This document shows positions 55,946 through 64,000 of a DNA stretch of 64,000 nt, one piece after another. Each line of letters opens with the position of its first letter. The stretch's first letter is position 1. Source of the stretch: an uncultured Eubacteriales bacterium (lineage in GTDB: Bacteria > Bacillota > Clostridia > Oscillospirales > CAG-272). The stretch spans positions 2,425-66,424 of the forward strand of contig CAKRZE010000009.1 in assembly GCA_934432725.1 (NCBI GenBank). Direction: 5' to 3'. A program made the position numbers and the translations under genes. The notes below the pieces were generated by a model. The model saw only the letters and a list, made by a program, of their open reading frames with translations. It did no database searches and was not told the origin of the DNA.

Positions 55946-57160
55946 TTACGGCAGCATACCCTCCAGCTCCGCTTCTGCCTGAAGCGCATCTCTTTCCGCA
56001 TCCTGCTTCTCGCTCTGTTCCTTTTCCTTTTGCTCCCTCTCCTCTTCCTCCGGGTCCGGAATCGGACGGGGCATCGGCTCTCCGCGCAGATACGGCGTCT
56101 GTATCCGGACAGGAGTTCCCGCATCCGCCGAGTCGCGGATTGCCTCCAAAACCTCCTGCACATGCAGTGCAGGCTGCAAGAGCATACGCGGCTCCCTGCC
56201 CTCCGAGATCGCATCCGCCATTTCCCACAGTCCCAAGCCGGTGGGCTCATACTGATGCTCATACGCCTTCATAGAGACAATTCTGCCATCGGGAGAACCC
56301 ACCTCGATGTAAAGCCTGACCGGCGAAATCCCGAGACACGGATTCTGCACCGAAAGCGTCCCTTTTGTTCCGTATATTTCAAGCCCGGGATGACAATGCA
56401 TAAAAACATCGCAGGAGGTCTGAAGAGAAGCAATCACATCATGATCAAAGAGAAGCGATGCCTGAACCGTAGTAAAGGAGTTCAGCCGGATCAGCTTTCC
56501 GTACTGCATGCTTGCCGAGGTAATCAGTCTGTTCTGCCGCCTCAGTCTGCCGGCAGCAGAAACGCTCCTGACACTTCCCAGCAGGTAAGCCAGCTCCGAG
56601 ACAAGCAGTTCGCCCCATTCCCAAAGAGGTCCGTTGCCGTTTTGATAACAGCCATCCGGATCAAAATGCCACTGCTCATAGCCGGAATCCCCGATAAATG
56701 CAGCCGCCCCGGTAATTTCTCCGATCAGACCGCTGTCAATGATCCGGCGGCAGGTCTGAACAGACGGTGCCAGAATAAAATCCGGACCGCTGCAGAAGCA
56801 GGGCGAAGCTTTTGCCCCGGAGGTCTGGCTGTCCAAAGCCCTTGCAGTCTGAAGATCCGGCGCCAGAAGCCTGTCCGCATACACATGCTTTCCGGCACGC
56901 AGCGCACGTTCTGTCACATCGATCTGCCCGGAGCGTCCCTCCAGATTCAGAACAATCGATATTTTCGGATCCTCCAGCAGCTGGTCCACCGTGCGGTATA
57001 CTTCGGGGATCTGATACAGCTCCTGCAGCGTCTGCACGGAATACCCCGGCTGTTCGCAGATCGCGGCAACCTTCAGATTTTTAAAATGATATTGCAGATT
57101 GTGCAAATAGGCTTCGCAGCGGTCAAGGGGTCCCACAATTCCGATCCTTGTAATTTTCAT
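55946..57160 (-). CDS. Gfo/Idh/MocA-family oxidoreductase with a charged C-terminal tail (404 aa)
   Basis: N-terminal Rossmann fold MKITRIGIVGPLDRCEAYL...KVAAICE. The last roughly 45 aa are E/K/Q-rich (PDPEEEEREQKEKEQSEKQDAERDALQAEAELEG). Confidence 0.8.
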   Translation of the reverse strand: MKITRIGIVGPLDRCEAYLHNLQYHFKNLKVAAICEQPGYSVQTLQELYQIPEVYRTVDQLLEDPKISIVLNLEGRSGQIDVTERALRAGKHVYADRLLAPDLQTARALDSQTSGAKASPCFCSGPDFILAPSVQTCRRIIDSGLIGEITGAAAFIGDSGYEQWHFDPDGCYQNGNGPLWEWGELLVSELAYLLGSVRSVSAAGRLRRQNRLITSASMQYGKLIRLNSFTTVQASLLFDHDVIASLQTSCDVFMHCHPGLEIYGTKGTLSVQNPCLGISPVRLYIEVGSPDGRIVSMKAYEHQYEPTGLGLWEMADAISEGREPRMLLQPALHVQEVLEAIRDSADAGTPVRIQTPYLRGEPMPRPIPDPEEEEREQKEKEQSEKQDAERDALQAEAELEGMLP

Positions 57161-57705
57161 ACTAAATCAAACACTTCTTTCCTTCCGGAACGTATCCTTT
57201 TATCAAAAACGGGCAGAGACGTTGCAAAAGAATACTGAATGCAGGCAGCAGCGCATATTGTCCCATGGATTTCAAAAAGCCTCCGGACAGGACCGCCGAC
57301 TCCTGCTGAAGCACGGCATGCCGTACCGATCGCCGGAAAACAGCCTGCCCCGTGAGGAATCCGGCGTCTCCTGTCACGCCCTCCCGTCTCTTGGACACAG
57401 TATATCACGTTTTCCCATATTTTGCAAGAAGATTTCCGGATAAAATTTCCATAACTTTCACTCCGGGAAAAACCGCCTTCCCCGAAAGAGACAGCCCCCG
57501 CCGCAAAGGGTGCAACTATGCACGGATCCGGAGCGGATTCACTGTCTTTTCCGACAGTAAATGCCGCAAAGCACGGACAGCGGACTGCTCCGGCTTTTCC
57601 GGTGCCCGGCATTTTCATCCTGCTCTTGTGTTTTTTGTTCAGGAGCTTGTTTTCAGGATATTCAGGGAGATTTACATTTAATTTCATAATTTTTCAAATA
57701 AATAC

Positions 57706-57734
57706 TTGAAAATCAAGGGGATTTATGGTAAAAT
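57706..57734 (+). promoter_or_regulatory. Possible sigma-A promoter in the AT-rich tract upstream of the sigma-factor gene
   Basis: TTGAAA (57706-57711), 17 nt, TAAAAT (57729-57734), about 180 nt upstream of ATG 57915. Confidence 0.35.
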
Positions 57735-57914
57735 TGAGAAAAGAAATCAATATTTTATAAAATGATACACATCGAAATCAAAGAAGTACATGCCATAACG
57801 CAAACCGATCCTCTGTTCTCCGAAAAAAGCGCAGCCTTCATGGTCTTTGGCACGCTCGTCATTCCGTTCAATTCACCCCGCTGTCTTTTCACAGCCGTCT
57901 AAAAGGAGAAACCG

Positions 57915-58466
57915 ATGCTGACATACCTGAATTTGATCGATACCACCGAGGATCGTGATAAGTTCCGGCATATTTATGAAAAATACAGTCAGAGCATGCT
58001 GAAAACGGCGTATTCCATTCTGGGAGATTACCACGAAGCAGAGGATGCCGTCCAGAATGCCCTCTTTTCCGTTGCAAGACATCTGAACGAAATCAAGGAC
58101 CCCGATTCGGACAGAACTGCCGGATATCTGATGGTAAATGCGAAAAACGCCGCCATTGATATTCTGACAAAAAGAACCAAATTTCTGGAGCTGGACTGTG
58201 AGATACCGGACGAAGGCGGAGAAGAACGCCTTCTGGAGCAGCTGTGCGTGAAAGAAACCTTTGAAAAAGTCATTGAGATCATTCAGAATCTTCATCCGAT
58301 ATACCGTCCTGTGCTGTATCTGCATTATGTGGAAAACAAATCCGCCCGCGAAATAGCAGACGAGCTGCACCGGAATCTGAAAACGGTGCAGCATCAGCTC
58401 TCCAAGGGACGCCAGCTGTTGATCAAATTGATCGAAAAGGAGCTTACAGCAGATGAAAGATCATAA
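57915..58466 (+). CDS. Sigma-70 family (ECF-like) RNA polymerase sigma factor (183 aa)
   Basis: Region 2 (YHEAEDAVQNALFSVARHL...YLMVNAKNAAIDIL) and region 4 HTH (YVENKSAREIADELHRNLKTVQHQLSKGRQLL). RBS AAAGGAG. Confidence 0.85.
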   Translation: MLTYLNLIDTTEDRDKFRHIYEKYSQSMLKTAYSILGDYHEAEDAVQNALFSVARHLNEIKDPDSDRTAGYLMVNAKNAAIDILTKRTKFLELDCEIPDEGGEERLLEQLCVKETFEKVIEIIQNLHPIYRPVLYLHYVENKSAREIADELHRNLKTVQHQLSKGRQLLIKLIEKELTADERS

Positions 58467-58623
58467 ATTCTCCATTGCGGATGCATTTCTGGAGGCAGAG
58501 CTGCGGGATTATCACTCGCTCAGCAAGGAGCAGCCCATTGTTCCGTCCGAAACATTCAAAAGGTCCGTAAAGCGATTATTCTCCGCGCGTCCCTCCGTTT
58601 TTTTCAGAGGTCTGCGGCACTGA
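58453..58623 (+). CDS. Short ORF (56 aa) overlapping the sigma stop; possible truncated anti-sigma factor
   Basis: MKDHKFSIADAFLEAELRDYHSLSKEQPIVPSETFKRSVKRLFSARPSVFFRGLRH. It overlaps the sigma gene by 14 nt, the typical sigma/anti-sigma coupling, and it stops just before a hydrophobic stretch that continues in another frame. Below the ORF-track cutoff. Confidence 0.35.
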   Translation: MKDHKFSIADAFLEAELRDYHSLSKEQPIVPSETFKRSVKRLFSARPSVFFRGLRH

Positions 58624-58688
58624 CGGCAGTGCTGCCTCTCTGCATCGGCTTCCTTACGCGCTGCGGATTGCCCTTTACCGAAAATCAC

Positions 58689-58736
58689 AGAAGCTCCTCT
58701 GTTTCCGTTCGGAACAGGGGAGCTTTTATCCGTTTT
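58689..58736 (+). terminator. Intrinsic terminator after the sigma-factor unit
   Basis: Long imperfect hairpin GAAGCTCCTCTGTTTCC...GGAACAGGGGAGCTT followed by TTATCCGTTTTT. Confidence 0.6.
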
Positions 58737-58904
58737 TCATGTTTCAAGCAAACTCAGTCCATGAAGGGCGCCTCCGGAATTCCGCGCGCCGGCACAAAAG
58801 ATTTTTCCCGAAGCGCTTCAGACATTTTATGAAGGCGTCTCCATCCACGGTCTTTCCCCGCAGAAAGAAGGAGCCGCACCGTCATAAACCGGAAAAGCCG
58901 ATTC

Positions 58905-59393
58905 TCAAAGCGGAACAGTCTCAACCGGATTTCCGTGCTCCCGGATCACGCCAAGCAGATCTGCGGTCTTCAGCCAGACGGTCGCCGTGTTGTCATTCGG
59001 GTGAACGCCGATCAGACCCGACCCCTTCAAAAAATCGGCGTCAATCCATACCTGCACCCTCTTTTCCCGGTCGTTCAGAATACCGAGCGGCGTGACAGAA
59101 CCCGGAATCAGCTGCATCATATCCCAAAGCTCCTGCGGGGAAGCAAAGCTGAGCGGTCTTGTCCCGTGCTGTTTCCGGAACTCCTTCAGATCCACCCGTT
59201 TGTCTCCCCTGACCGTAATCAGACAATACATTCTTTTCCTGTCATCGCGGACAAACAGATTTTTTGCATCGGCTTCCGGATACGGAATATCAATCCGCCC
59301 GAGCTCCTCCATATTGAATACCGCCTCATGCTCCGTCACCTCATAGGAGATGCCCTTCTCATCCAAAAAGCGGTAGATATCCTGTTTATTCAT
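58905..59393 (-). CDS. YbaK/ProX-family aminoacyl-tRNA editing (deacylase) domain protein (162 aa)
   Basis: MNKQDIYRFLDEKGISYEVTEHEAVFNMEE...KNLFVRDDRKRMYCLITVRGDKRVDLKEF...IPGSVTPLGILND...VHPNDNTATV. GGAGAAG RBS. The track ORF's long N-terminal extension is unsupported. Confidence 0.85.
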   Translation of the reverse strand: MNKQDIYRFLDEKGISYEVTEHEAVFNMEELGRIDIPYPEADAKNLFVRDDRKRMYCLITVRGDKRVDLKEFRKQHGTRPLSFASPQELWDMMQLIPGSVTPLGILNDREKRVQVWIDADFLKGSGLIGVHPNDNTATVWLKTADLLGVIREHGNPVETVPL

Positions 59394-59967
59394 ACTCTTC
59401 TCCGTTCCGGCGCCAACAGCACCGGCATATAAGGAATCTGCAAAGCCCCGGTCTGCCGAAAATCTTACGGTCTTCGGAATGGTTTTTTTCCAAAATGCTC
59501 TGATCTCCGCCGGGCATCCTTTGCGCAATGCCAAGCCGGAATCTTCATCCGAAGGTCCGAAGTTGCCGCGCGTCACAAAGCCGCAAAAATCCCGTATGCC
59601 GTGCGGAACAATCCGTCCGGAAAGCGCACCGGCATCATCTGTATTCCTCCGCCGTGCAGAATCCGATTGCGTCTCCGCCAAAAAAGCAGATTCTCCCGCA
59701 GCCAAAAAGCACGCGCAAAGCCTCCCCTACCGCCGAAAGTCATTTGACAACAGCGCTTTGAAGAACGCAGAGGTCCCCCCTTGTGCACATGCAGGCAGAA
59801 GGCAAAGCGTTAAACAAAAAAGAATCCGTCCCTCCAGCCGATGTTCACACGCAGACAGAAAACGGAGTCATTCCGCAGAAACACCCGGCGTCCCGCGCCA
59901 TTGCCGTTTCGCACGCGGAAGGACCGCATACCGTGCTTTCGGCGGGACAGACCTCCGCATGCGGATT

Positions 59968-60477
59968 TCAGCCTTTCCCGCGCCGCAGTACGCTGACGCT
60001 TTCCGCTTCTCCGTGCAGCTTCTGACGGACCAGCGTATTCAGCTCCTCCATAAACGTGTCAATATCCTTGAATTCCCTGTAAACCGAGGCAAACCGCACA
60101 TAGGAAACCTCGTCCAGCTTTTTCAGCTTTTCCATCACCATACAGCCTATTTCACGCGAGTGAATCTCGGTTTTCAGAGAATTCTTCAGTTCCGTTTCTA
60201 TTTCGCTGACCGCCACATCAAGCTGCTGCCGCGTAACCGGGCGCTTATAGCACGCCTGCAAAAGTCCGACCATGATCTTATTCCGGTCAAAAATCTGCAA
60301 AGAATTATCCTTTTTGATCACAACAAGCGGTGCCGATTCTCCCACCTCATAGGTTTCATAGGTGGTAAACCGTTTTCCGCACGCAAGGCATTCACGGCGG
60401 CGCCGGATACTGGAATTATCCGACGGACGCGAATCGATTACCTTGCTGTCATCAAAACCGCATACAGGACACTTCAT
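59968..60477 (-). CDS. nrdR: Transcriptional repressor NrdR
   Basis: [41 protein letters not shown] zinc ribbon followed by an ATP-cone ([16 protein letters not shown]...[16 protein letters not shown]). Confidence 0.93.
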   Translation of the reverse strand: MKCPVCGFDDSKVIDSRPSDNSSIRRRRECLACGKRFTTYETYEVGESAPLVVIKKDNSLQIFDRNKIMVGLLQACYKRPVTRQQLDVAVSEIETELKNSLKTEIHSREIGCMVMEKLKKLDEVSYVRFASVYREFKDIDTFMEELNTLVRQKLHGEAESVSVLRRGKG

Positions 60478-60611
60478 GACTATTCCCTCTCCTCTCGGGT
60501 ATTGCATCCAATGTATGAAACACAAAGCTGCAGCAGCCCGGGAGAAGCATCTCCCAAAGTCTCCGCCAGCCCTGTTTTTCACAAAACGATGATTTATTAT
60601 TGTACTACAAA

Positions 60612-60936
60612 AAATTTAAGCCAAACATCATGGATTTGCCGGTGAAAGCGGCAAATTCGCAGAATGCGGCAGCTTCGCAAAGCCTCCCGGGAAAATGTCA
60701 TCCGCATTTATCCTGCTGCAAATTCAAGCAAAACGTCAGGAATTTGCCGGTGAAAGCGGCAAATTCGCAGAATGCGGCAGCTTCGCAAAGCCTCCCGGGA
60801 AAATGTCATCCGCATTTATCCTGCTGCAAATTCAAGCAAAACGTCAGGAATTTGCCGGTGAAAGCGGCAAATTCGCAGAATGCGGCAGCTTCGCAAAGCC
60901 TCCCGGGAAAATGTTATCCGCATTTATTGTACCATG
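60612..60936 (+). repeat. Tandem repeat, 3.0 copies of a 108-bp unit
   Basis: Unit starts (ggaatttgccggtg...) are at 60632, 60739 and 60847. Copies 1 and 2 differ by one inserted A; copy 3 has a C-to-T change and a diverged 3' end. Each unit holds hairpins TTTGCCG-gtgaaag-CGGCAAA and AATGCGG...CCGCATT. Confidence 0.9.
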
Positions 60937-61121
60937 TTTTTCCCGGAATGTAAAGAGTCAGAACGGCATTTTGCGCAAAACCGGTGCCGTGCCGGCTTCC
61001 AAAAACAGTATTGCAGCCCCCAAAACCGGGTATACTTCGGAAAGAAAGCCGCAGCCATGCGCGGAATTCCATACCGCGGCGAAAAAAAGGCGGCTTCCGA
61101 ACGGAAAGGAGCTTGACAATC

Positions 61122-62099
61122 ATGACAGAATCAACGGAAAGCAGAAAGGTCGTGCTGATCGGCACAGGACTTGTCGGAATGAGCTTTGCATACGCCGGTC
61201 TGAATCAGGGAATCTGTGATGAGCTGGTACTCATCGACATCAACCGCGCCCGCGCGGAGGGAGAGGCAATGGACCTGAACCACGGACTCGCCTTCGCGGG
61301 AAATCACATGAAGATCCGCACCGGAGACTATGAGGATACCCGGGATGCGGATATTGTCGTGGTGTGCGCGGGAGTACCTCAGACGCCGGGCGAAACCCGC
61401 ATCTCCCTGCTCGGCAGAAACGCCGAAATATTCCGGCAGGTCATTACTGCCTGCATGAATGCGGATTTCCGCGGCGTGTTTCTGATCGCGTCCAACCCGG
61501 TAGATATTATGAGCCTTGTTACCCGCGAAATTTCAGGACTTGACGAAAAGCGCGTCATCGGAACGGGAACCACGCTGGACAGCGCCAGACTTCGGTATAT
61601 CATCGGCAGCCACTTTCACATCGATCCGCGCAACGTGCATGCTTATGTCATCGGAGAGCATGGAGATTCGGAGTTTGTCCCATGGTCTCAGGCGCTTCTG
61701 GCAACAAAGCCGGTGCTTTCCGTCTGCCGCGAGGAAGGGCTCTTCGGTGCAGATTTCATGCCTGCGCTGAACCGGATTGAGGCAGAGGTCCGGGAGGCAG
61801 CTTTCAAAATCATCGAAGCCAAACGCGCCACCTATTACGGAATCGGCATGGCAATCTGCCGGATTGTCAAGGCGATTCTCGGAAACGAACGAAGCGTTCT
61901 GACCGTTTCCTCCTATCTTGACGGCGCATACGGCGTATCCGGCGTTTTTGCCGGTTCCCCCTGCATCGTTGGAAGAGGCGGCATCGAACGTCAGGTGATT
62001 TTGAATCTGACCGAAGAAGAGCTTCAAAAATTCCGCTCCTCCTGTCAGTTCCTGAAGCAGACCTATGAGGAGATTATTCTGTCCGAAAAGCGCGTCTGA
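61122..62099 (+). CDS. ldh: L-lactate dehydrogenase (325 aa)
   Basis: KVVLIGTGLVGMSFAYA, DLNHG, GEHGDSEF. RBS AAAGGAG. The track ORF's N-terminal extension is unsupported. Confidence 0.93.
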   Translation: MTESTESRKVVLIGTGLVGMSFAYAGLNQGICDELVLIDINRARAEGEAMDLNHGLAFAGNHMKIRTGDYEDTRDADIVVVCAGVPQTPGETRISLLGRNAEIFRQVITACMNADFRGVFLIASNPVDIMSLVTREISGLDEKRVIGTGTTLDSARLRYIIGSHFHIDPRNVHAYVIGEHGDSEFVPWSQALLATKPVLSVCREEGLFGADFMPALNRIEAEVREAAFKIIEAKRATYYGIGMAICRIVKAILGNERSVLTVSSYLDGAYGVSGVFAGSPCIVGRGGIERQVILNLTEEELQKFRSSCQFLKQTYEEIILSEKRV

Positions 62100-62124
62100 T
62101 AAAAAATCAAAGGGGACTTTCCCC
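62099..62124 (-). terminator. Possible terminator for rsgA, in the convergent gap with ldh
   Basis: The minus strand reads GGGGAaagTCCCC followed by TTTGATTTTTT. Confidence 0.4.
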
Positions 62125-62168
62125 GCGCCGCCATTGCGGCAGAAAAGCCCCGCCTCTTTATTCCATGC

Positions 62169-63104
62169 TCATTTATCCCAATGGTGTCTGTGCTTCAGCT
62201 CCTCATATACGGAAAGAAAGGAATCATGCCGCGATTGCGGAATTTTTCCCTGTCTCACCGCCTCCAGAACCGCGCAGCCGTCCTCTCTTGTATGCGTACA
62301 GTCCGTATAGCGGCACAGACCGAAATACGGTCTGAACTCCCGGAACAGCTCCGCAGCCTCATTCCGGTCCACGCGCTCCTGCTCCCAAAGCTCCAGCATA
62401 CTGAAGCCGGGCGTATCTGCCAAAAAGCCGTCCGGAGCATCCTCCGTCAGATCGGAGACGGGATACAGCGTCACGCAGCGCGTGGTGTGGCGTCCCCGCT
62501 CCGTTTTTCGGCTGAGCATCCCCGTCTCGGGAGACAGCTGCGGAAAAAGCGTTCCGATCAGGGTGGATTTTCCGACACCGGATGCCCCGGCAAACGCCGC
62601 AATACCTCCGTGCAGGCATTCCCGCAGAGCCGGAAGCAGTCCGGCATCGGTCCCCCCTCCCGCTCCGGACAAAAAGACGTAAAAGCCTGCCTGCCGATAG
62701 ATTGCAGCCAGCCGCTCCGCCTCTTCCAGCGCCGCATCCGCCTTGGTAACAATCACAAACGGAAGGATCTGCTTTCGCTCCGCAACGGCAAGCAGCTTAT
62801 CGACCACAGTCAGGACCGGAGCCGGCTGCGCCGCCGCAAACACAACGCAAAGAAGCGTGAGATTGGCGATGGGCGGACGCTTCCATTCATTCTTTCTCGG
62901 CAAAAGACCGGATATGACCGTTCCGCCCTCCGTGCCGTCTCCTCCGGAGGAGACGGTCAGAACCACCCGATCTCCCGAAAGCAGGCGGATTTTCCGATGC
63001 CGGAAGCTGCCCCTTGCGCCGCACAGAACCGTTTTTCCGTCTGTTGTCCTCACATGATACAGCCCGTCGATTCCCTTCAGAATCACGCCCTCTGTTGTCT
63101 GCAT
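62169..63104 (-). CDS. rsgA: Ribosome small-subunit-dependent GTPase A
   Basis: Circularly permuted GTPase: VTKAD, GASGVGKSTL, ADTPGF, and the zinc finger CRYTDCTHTREDGCAV. Confidence 0.9.
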   Translation of the reverse strand: MQTTEGVILKGIDGLYHVRTTDGKTVLCGARGSFRHRKIRLLSGDRVVLTVSSGGDGTEGGTVISGLLPRKNEWKRPPIANLTLLCVVFAAAQPAPVLTVVDKLLAVAERKQILPFVIVTKADAALEEAERLAAIYRQAGFYVFLSGAGGGTDAGLLPALRECLHGGIAAFAGASGVGKSTLIGTLFPQLSPETGMLSRKTERGRHTTRCVTLYPVSDLTEDAPDGFLADTPGFSMLELWEQERVDRNEAAELFREFRPYFGLCRYTDCTHTREDGCAVLEAVRQGKIPQSRHDSFLSVYEELKHRHHWDK

Positions 63105-63333
63105 AAAGCTCCTCCCGTCAATCCATACAGCGATCCGTCCCGCGCATTTTCAAAGCCGTCAGCCCGCAATTTCCGCGCTGCCCGCCGGACCTGCCCGCGC
63201 CGATCGGGGACATCCGAGCCGGCAGCCCCTGCGCTCCGTGTTCAGCGGTACGGCAGAACGCAAGACAAACGTGCGGACCCGCGTTTTCTGCCCGCTGATT
63301 TTCCCGTACATTCTCCCCCGGACCGCATCCGAA

Positions 63334-64000
63334 TCAGGCAACATACGATTTGTCAATCCTGACCACTGCCCGGTAATTTTCGTCAAGGGTAGTCACAATC
63401 CGGGATACATCCTCCAGAACCTGCTTGTCGCTGAGGCGAAAGCCGAACGGAATCACAATGTCGAAAATCAGATTCGTATGCGTCGGTCCCACCACCATGC
63501 GGAAATCGTGTATCGTAACTGACTCGTCAATAATTTTGACCAGCTCCGAGATCTTTTTCCGCGTTTCCAGCGTCAGGGCATCATCGGTTGCAACAGGATC
63601 CATATGGATTACGGCATCACAGCCGAGCTTGTCGCGCAGCTCCTGCTCGGCATTGTCGATCATATCGTGCGTTTCCAGAAGATCCGCTCTGTCGGAAACC
63701 TCCGCATGCAGGGACACCATCGCCCTGCCCGGACCGTAGTCATGCACGATCAGGTCATGAATGCCCAGAATACCGGGATGCGCCATCACGATATCCCGGA
63801 TCTTCTTCACATAATCCGGATCGGCAGGCTGCCCGAGAAGCGGACTTATGGTTTCCTTCACGGACTTTATCCCGGAAATGCAGATAAACACCGAGACAAG
63901 AAGCCCGCACCAGCCGTCGATCCTCAGCCGGAAGAAATGAGAGACCAGCATCGAAAGCAGCACAACGGTCGTGGCAAGCGCATCGCTCAGGCTGTCGGAA
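63334..64000 (-). CDS. Cation diffusion facilitator (CDF) family transporter. Only the C-terminal part is present; the gene continues beyond the window end.
   Basis: The frame stays open to the window edge. It contains SDSLSDALATTVVLLSM (the CDF TM motif) and a C-terminal cytoplasmic domain (HDLIVHDYGPGRAMVSLHAEV...HMDPV). Confidence 0.85.
   Translation of the reverse strand, partial: SDSLSDALATTVVLLSMLVSHFFRLRIDGWCGLLVSVFICISGIKSVKETISPLLGQPADPDYVKKIRDIVMAHPGILGIHDLIVHDYGPGRAMVSLHAEVSDRADLLETHDMIDNAEQELRDKLGCDAVIHMDPVATDDALTLETRKKISELVKIIDESVTIHDFRMVVGPTHTNLIFDIVIPFGFRLSDKQVLEDVSRIVTTLDENYRAVVRIDKSYVA

Noticed and set aside
57157-57687. 176-aa minus-strand ORF upstream of the oxidoreductase
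   Set aside because: It would begin in the AT-rich tract and overlap the oxidoreductase start. Its composition (C/G/R/A-rich with no motifs) is not protein-like.
59394-59967. T-box or other riboswitch upstream of the YbaK/ProX gene
   Set aside because: I recognise no T-box sequence, specifier structure or other known motif in the 574-nt gap. It is left as unexplained spacer.
60650-60705. Resemblance of GGCAAAUUCGCAGAAUGCGG...CGCAAAGCCUCCCGGG to the core of the c-di-GMP-I (GEMM-I) riboswitch
   Set aside because: Only the GGCAAA and CGCAAAGCCUCC strings match my memory of the consensus. I cannot find a 3' partner for the P2 stem or a tetraloop/receptor pair, and the 55.3-kb copy does not keep these strings. 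An Rfam cmsearch would settle it.
60612-60936. Possible CRISPR array
   Set aside because: The units are contiguous 108-bp repeats with no unique spacers, and there are no cas genes in the window.
60600-61219. Repeat-containing ORFs (117 aa and 174 aa) reading through the 108-bp tandem array
   Set aside because: They stay open only because the repeat period is a multiple of 3. The translations (…PVKAANSQNAAASQSLPGKCHPHLSCCKFKQNVRNL…) have no signal, RBS or family resemblance, and the diverged copy at 55.3 kb does not preserve either frame.

Overview
This is a 64-kb chromosomal window from a visibly GC-rich, endospore-forming Firmicute. Class Clostridia is my inference from the spoIIIA genes and overall gene content. 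Most of it is housekeeping, and I see no transposase, integrase, phage, CRISPR-cas or recognisable defence genes.

Gene content in order:
- brnQ (partial) and tRNA-Arg(CCG)
- a serpin lipoprotein
- AraC regulator, membrane-anchored SAM-methyltransferase and a small HMA metal-binding protein
- an iron-uptake operon: feoA-feoA-feoB, a 56-aa Cys-rich membrane peptide (missing from the ORF track) and a DtxR-like regulator
- a nitrogen-assimilation block: type III glutamine synthetase, asnB, gltB, gltD
- spoIIIAA to spoIIIAG
- upp, pncC and a DUF2500 gene; tRNA-Lys(UUU)
- a complete pyrimidine operon: pyrC-carA-carB-pyrK-pyrD-pyrF-pyrE-pyrB-pyrI
- a GxGYxYP protein, a SpoIID/LytB-domain protein and a divergent type IIA topoisomerase A subunit
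- tsaC, prfA, M18 aminopeptidase, lytic transglycosylase, coaE
- a DUF4430 lipoprotein with a 6-TM membrane partner, and a Gfo/Idh/MocA oxidoreductase
- an ECF-like sigma factor, a YbaK/ProX deacylase, nrdR, ldh, rsgA and a partial CDF transporter

Signals the gene list does not explain:
1. A family of roughly 100-bp hairpin-rich intergenic repeats. It occurs three times in tandem at 60.6 kb and as related copies at 28.8, 52.2 and 55.3 kb. Stems are conserved while loops diverge.
2. Four TTAGC-N4-GCTAA palindromes, found only around the feo promoter and the feoB start. They are probably operators of the operon-encoded DtxR-like regulator.
3. Terminator-type leader hairpins in front of the glutamine synthetase gene and the pyr operon, with no cognate regulator visible.
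4. A small low-GC islet carrying the sigma factor and a truncated anti-sigma-like ORF.

I cannot demonstrate a genuinely new multi-gene system. The repeat family is the best candidate for something undescribed.
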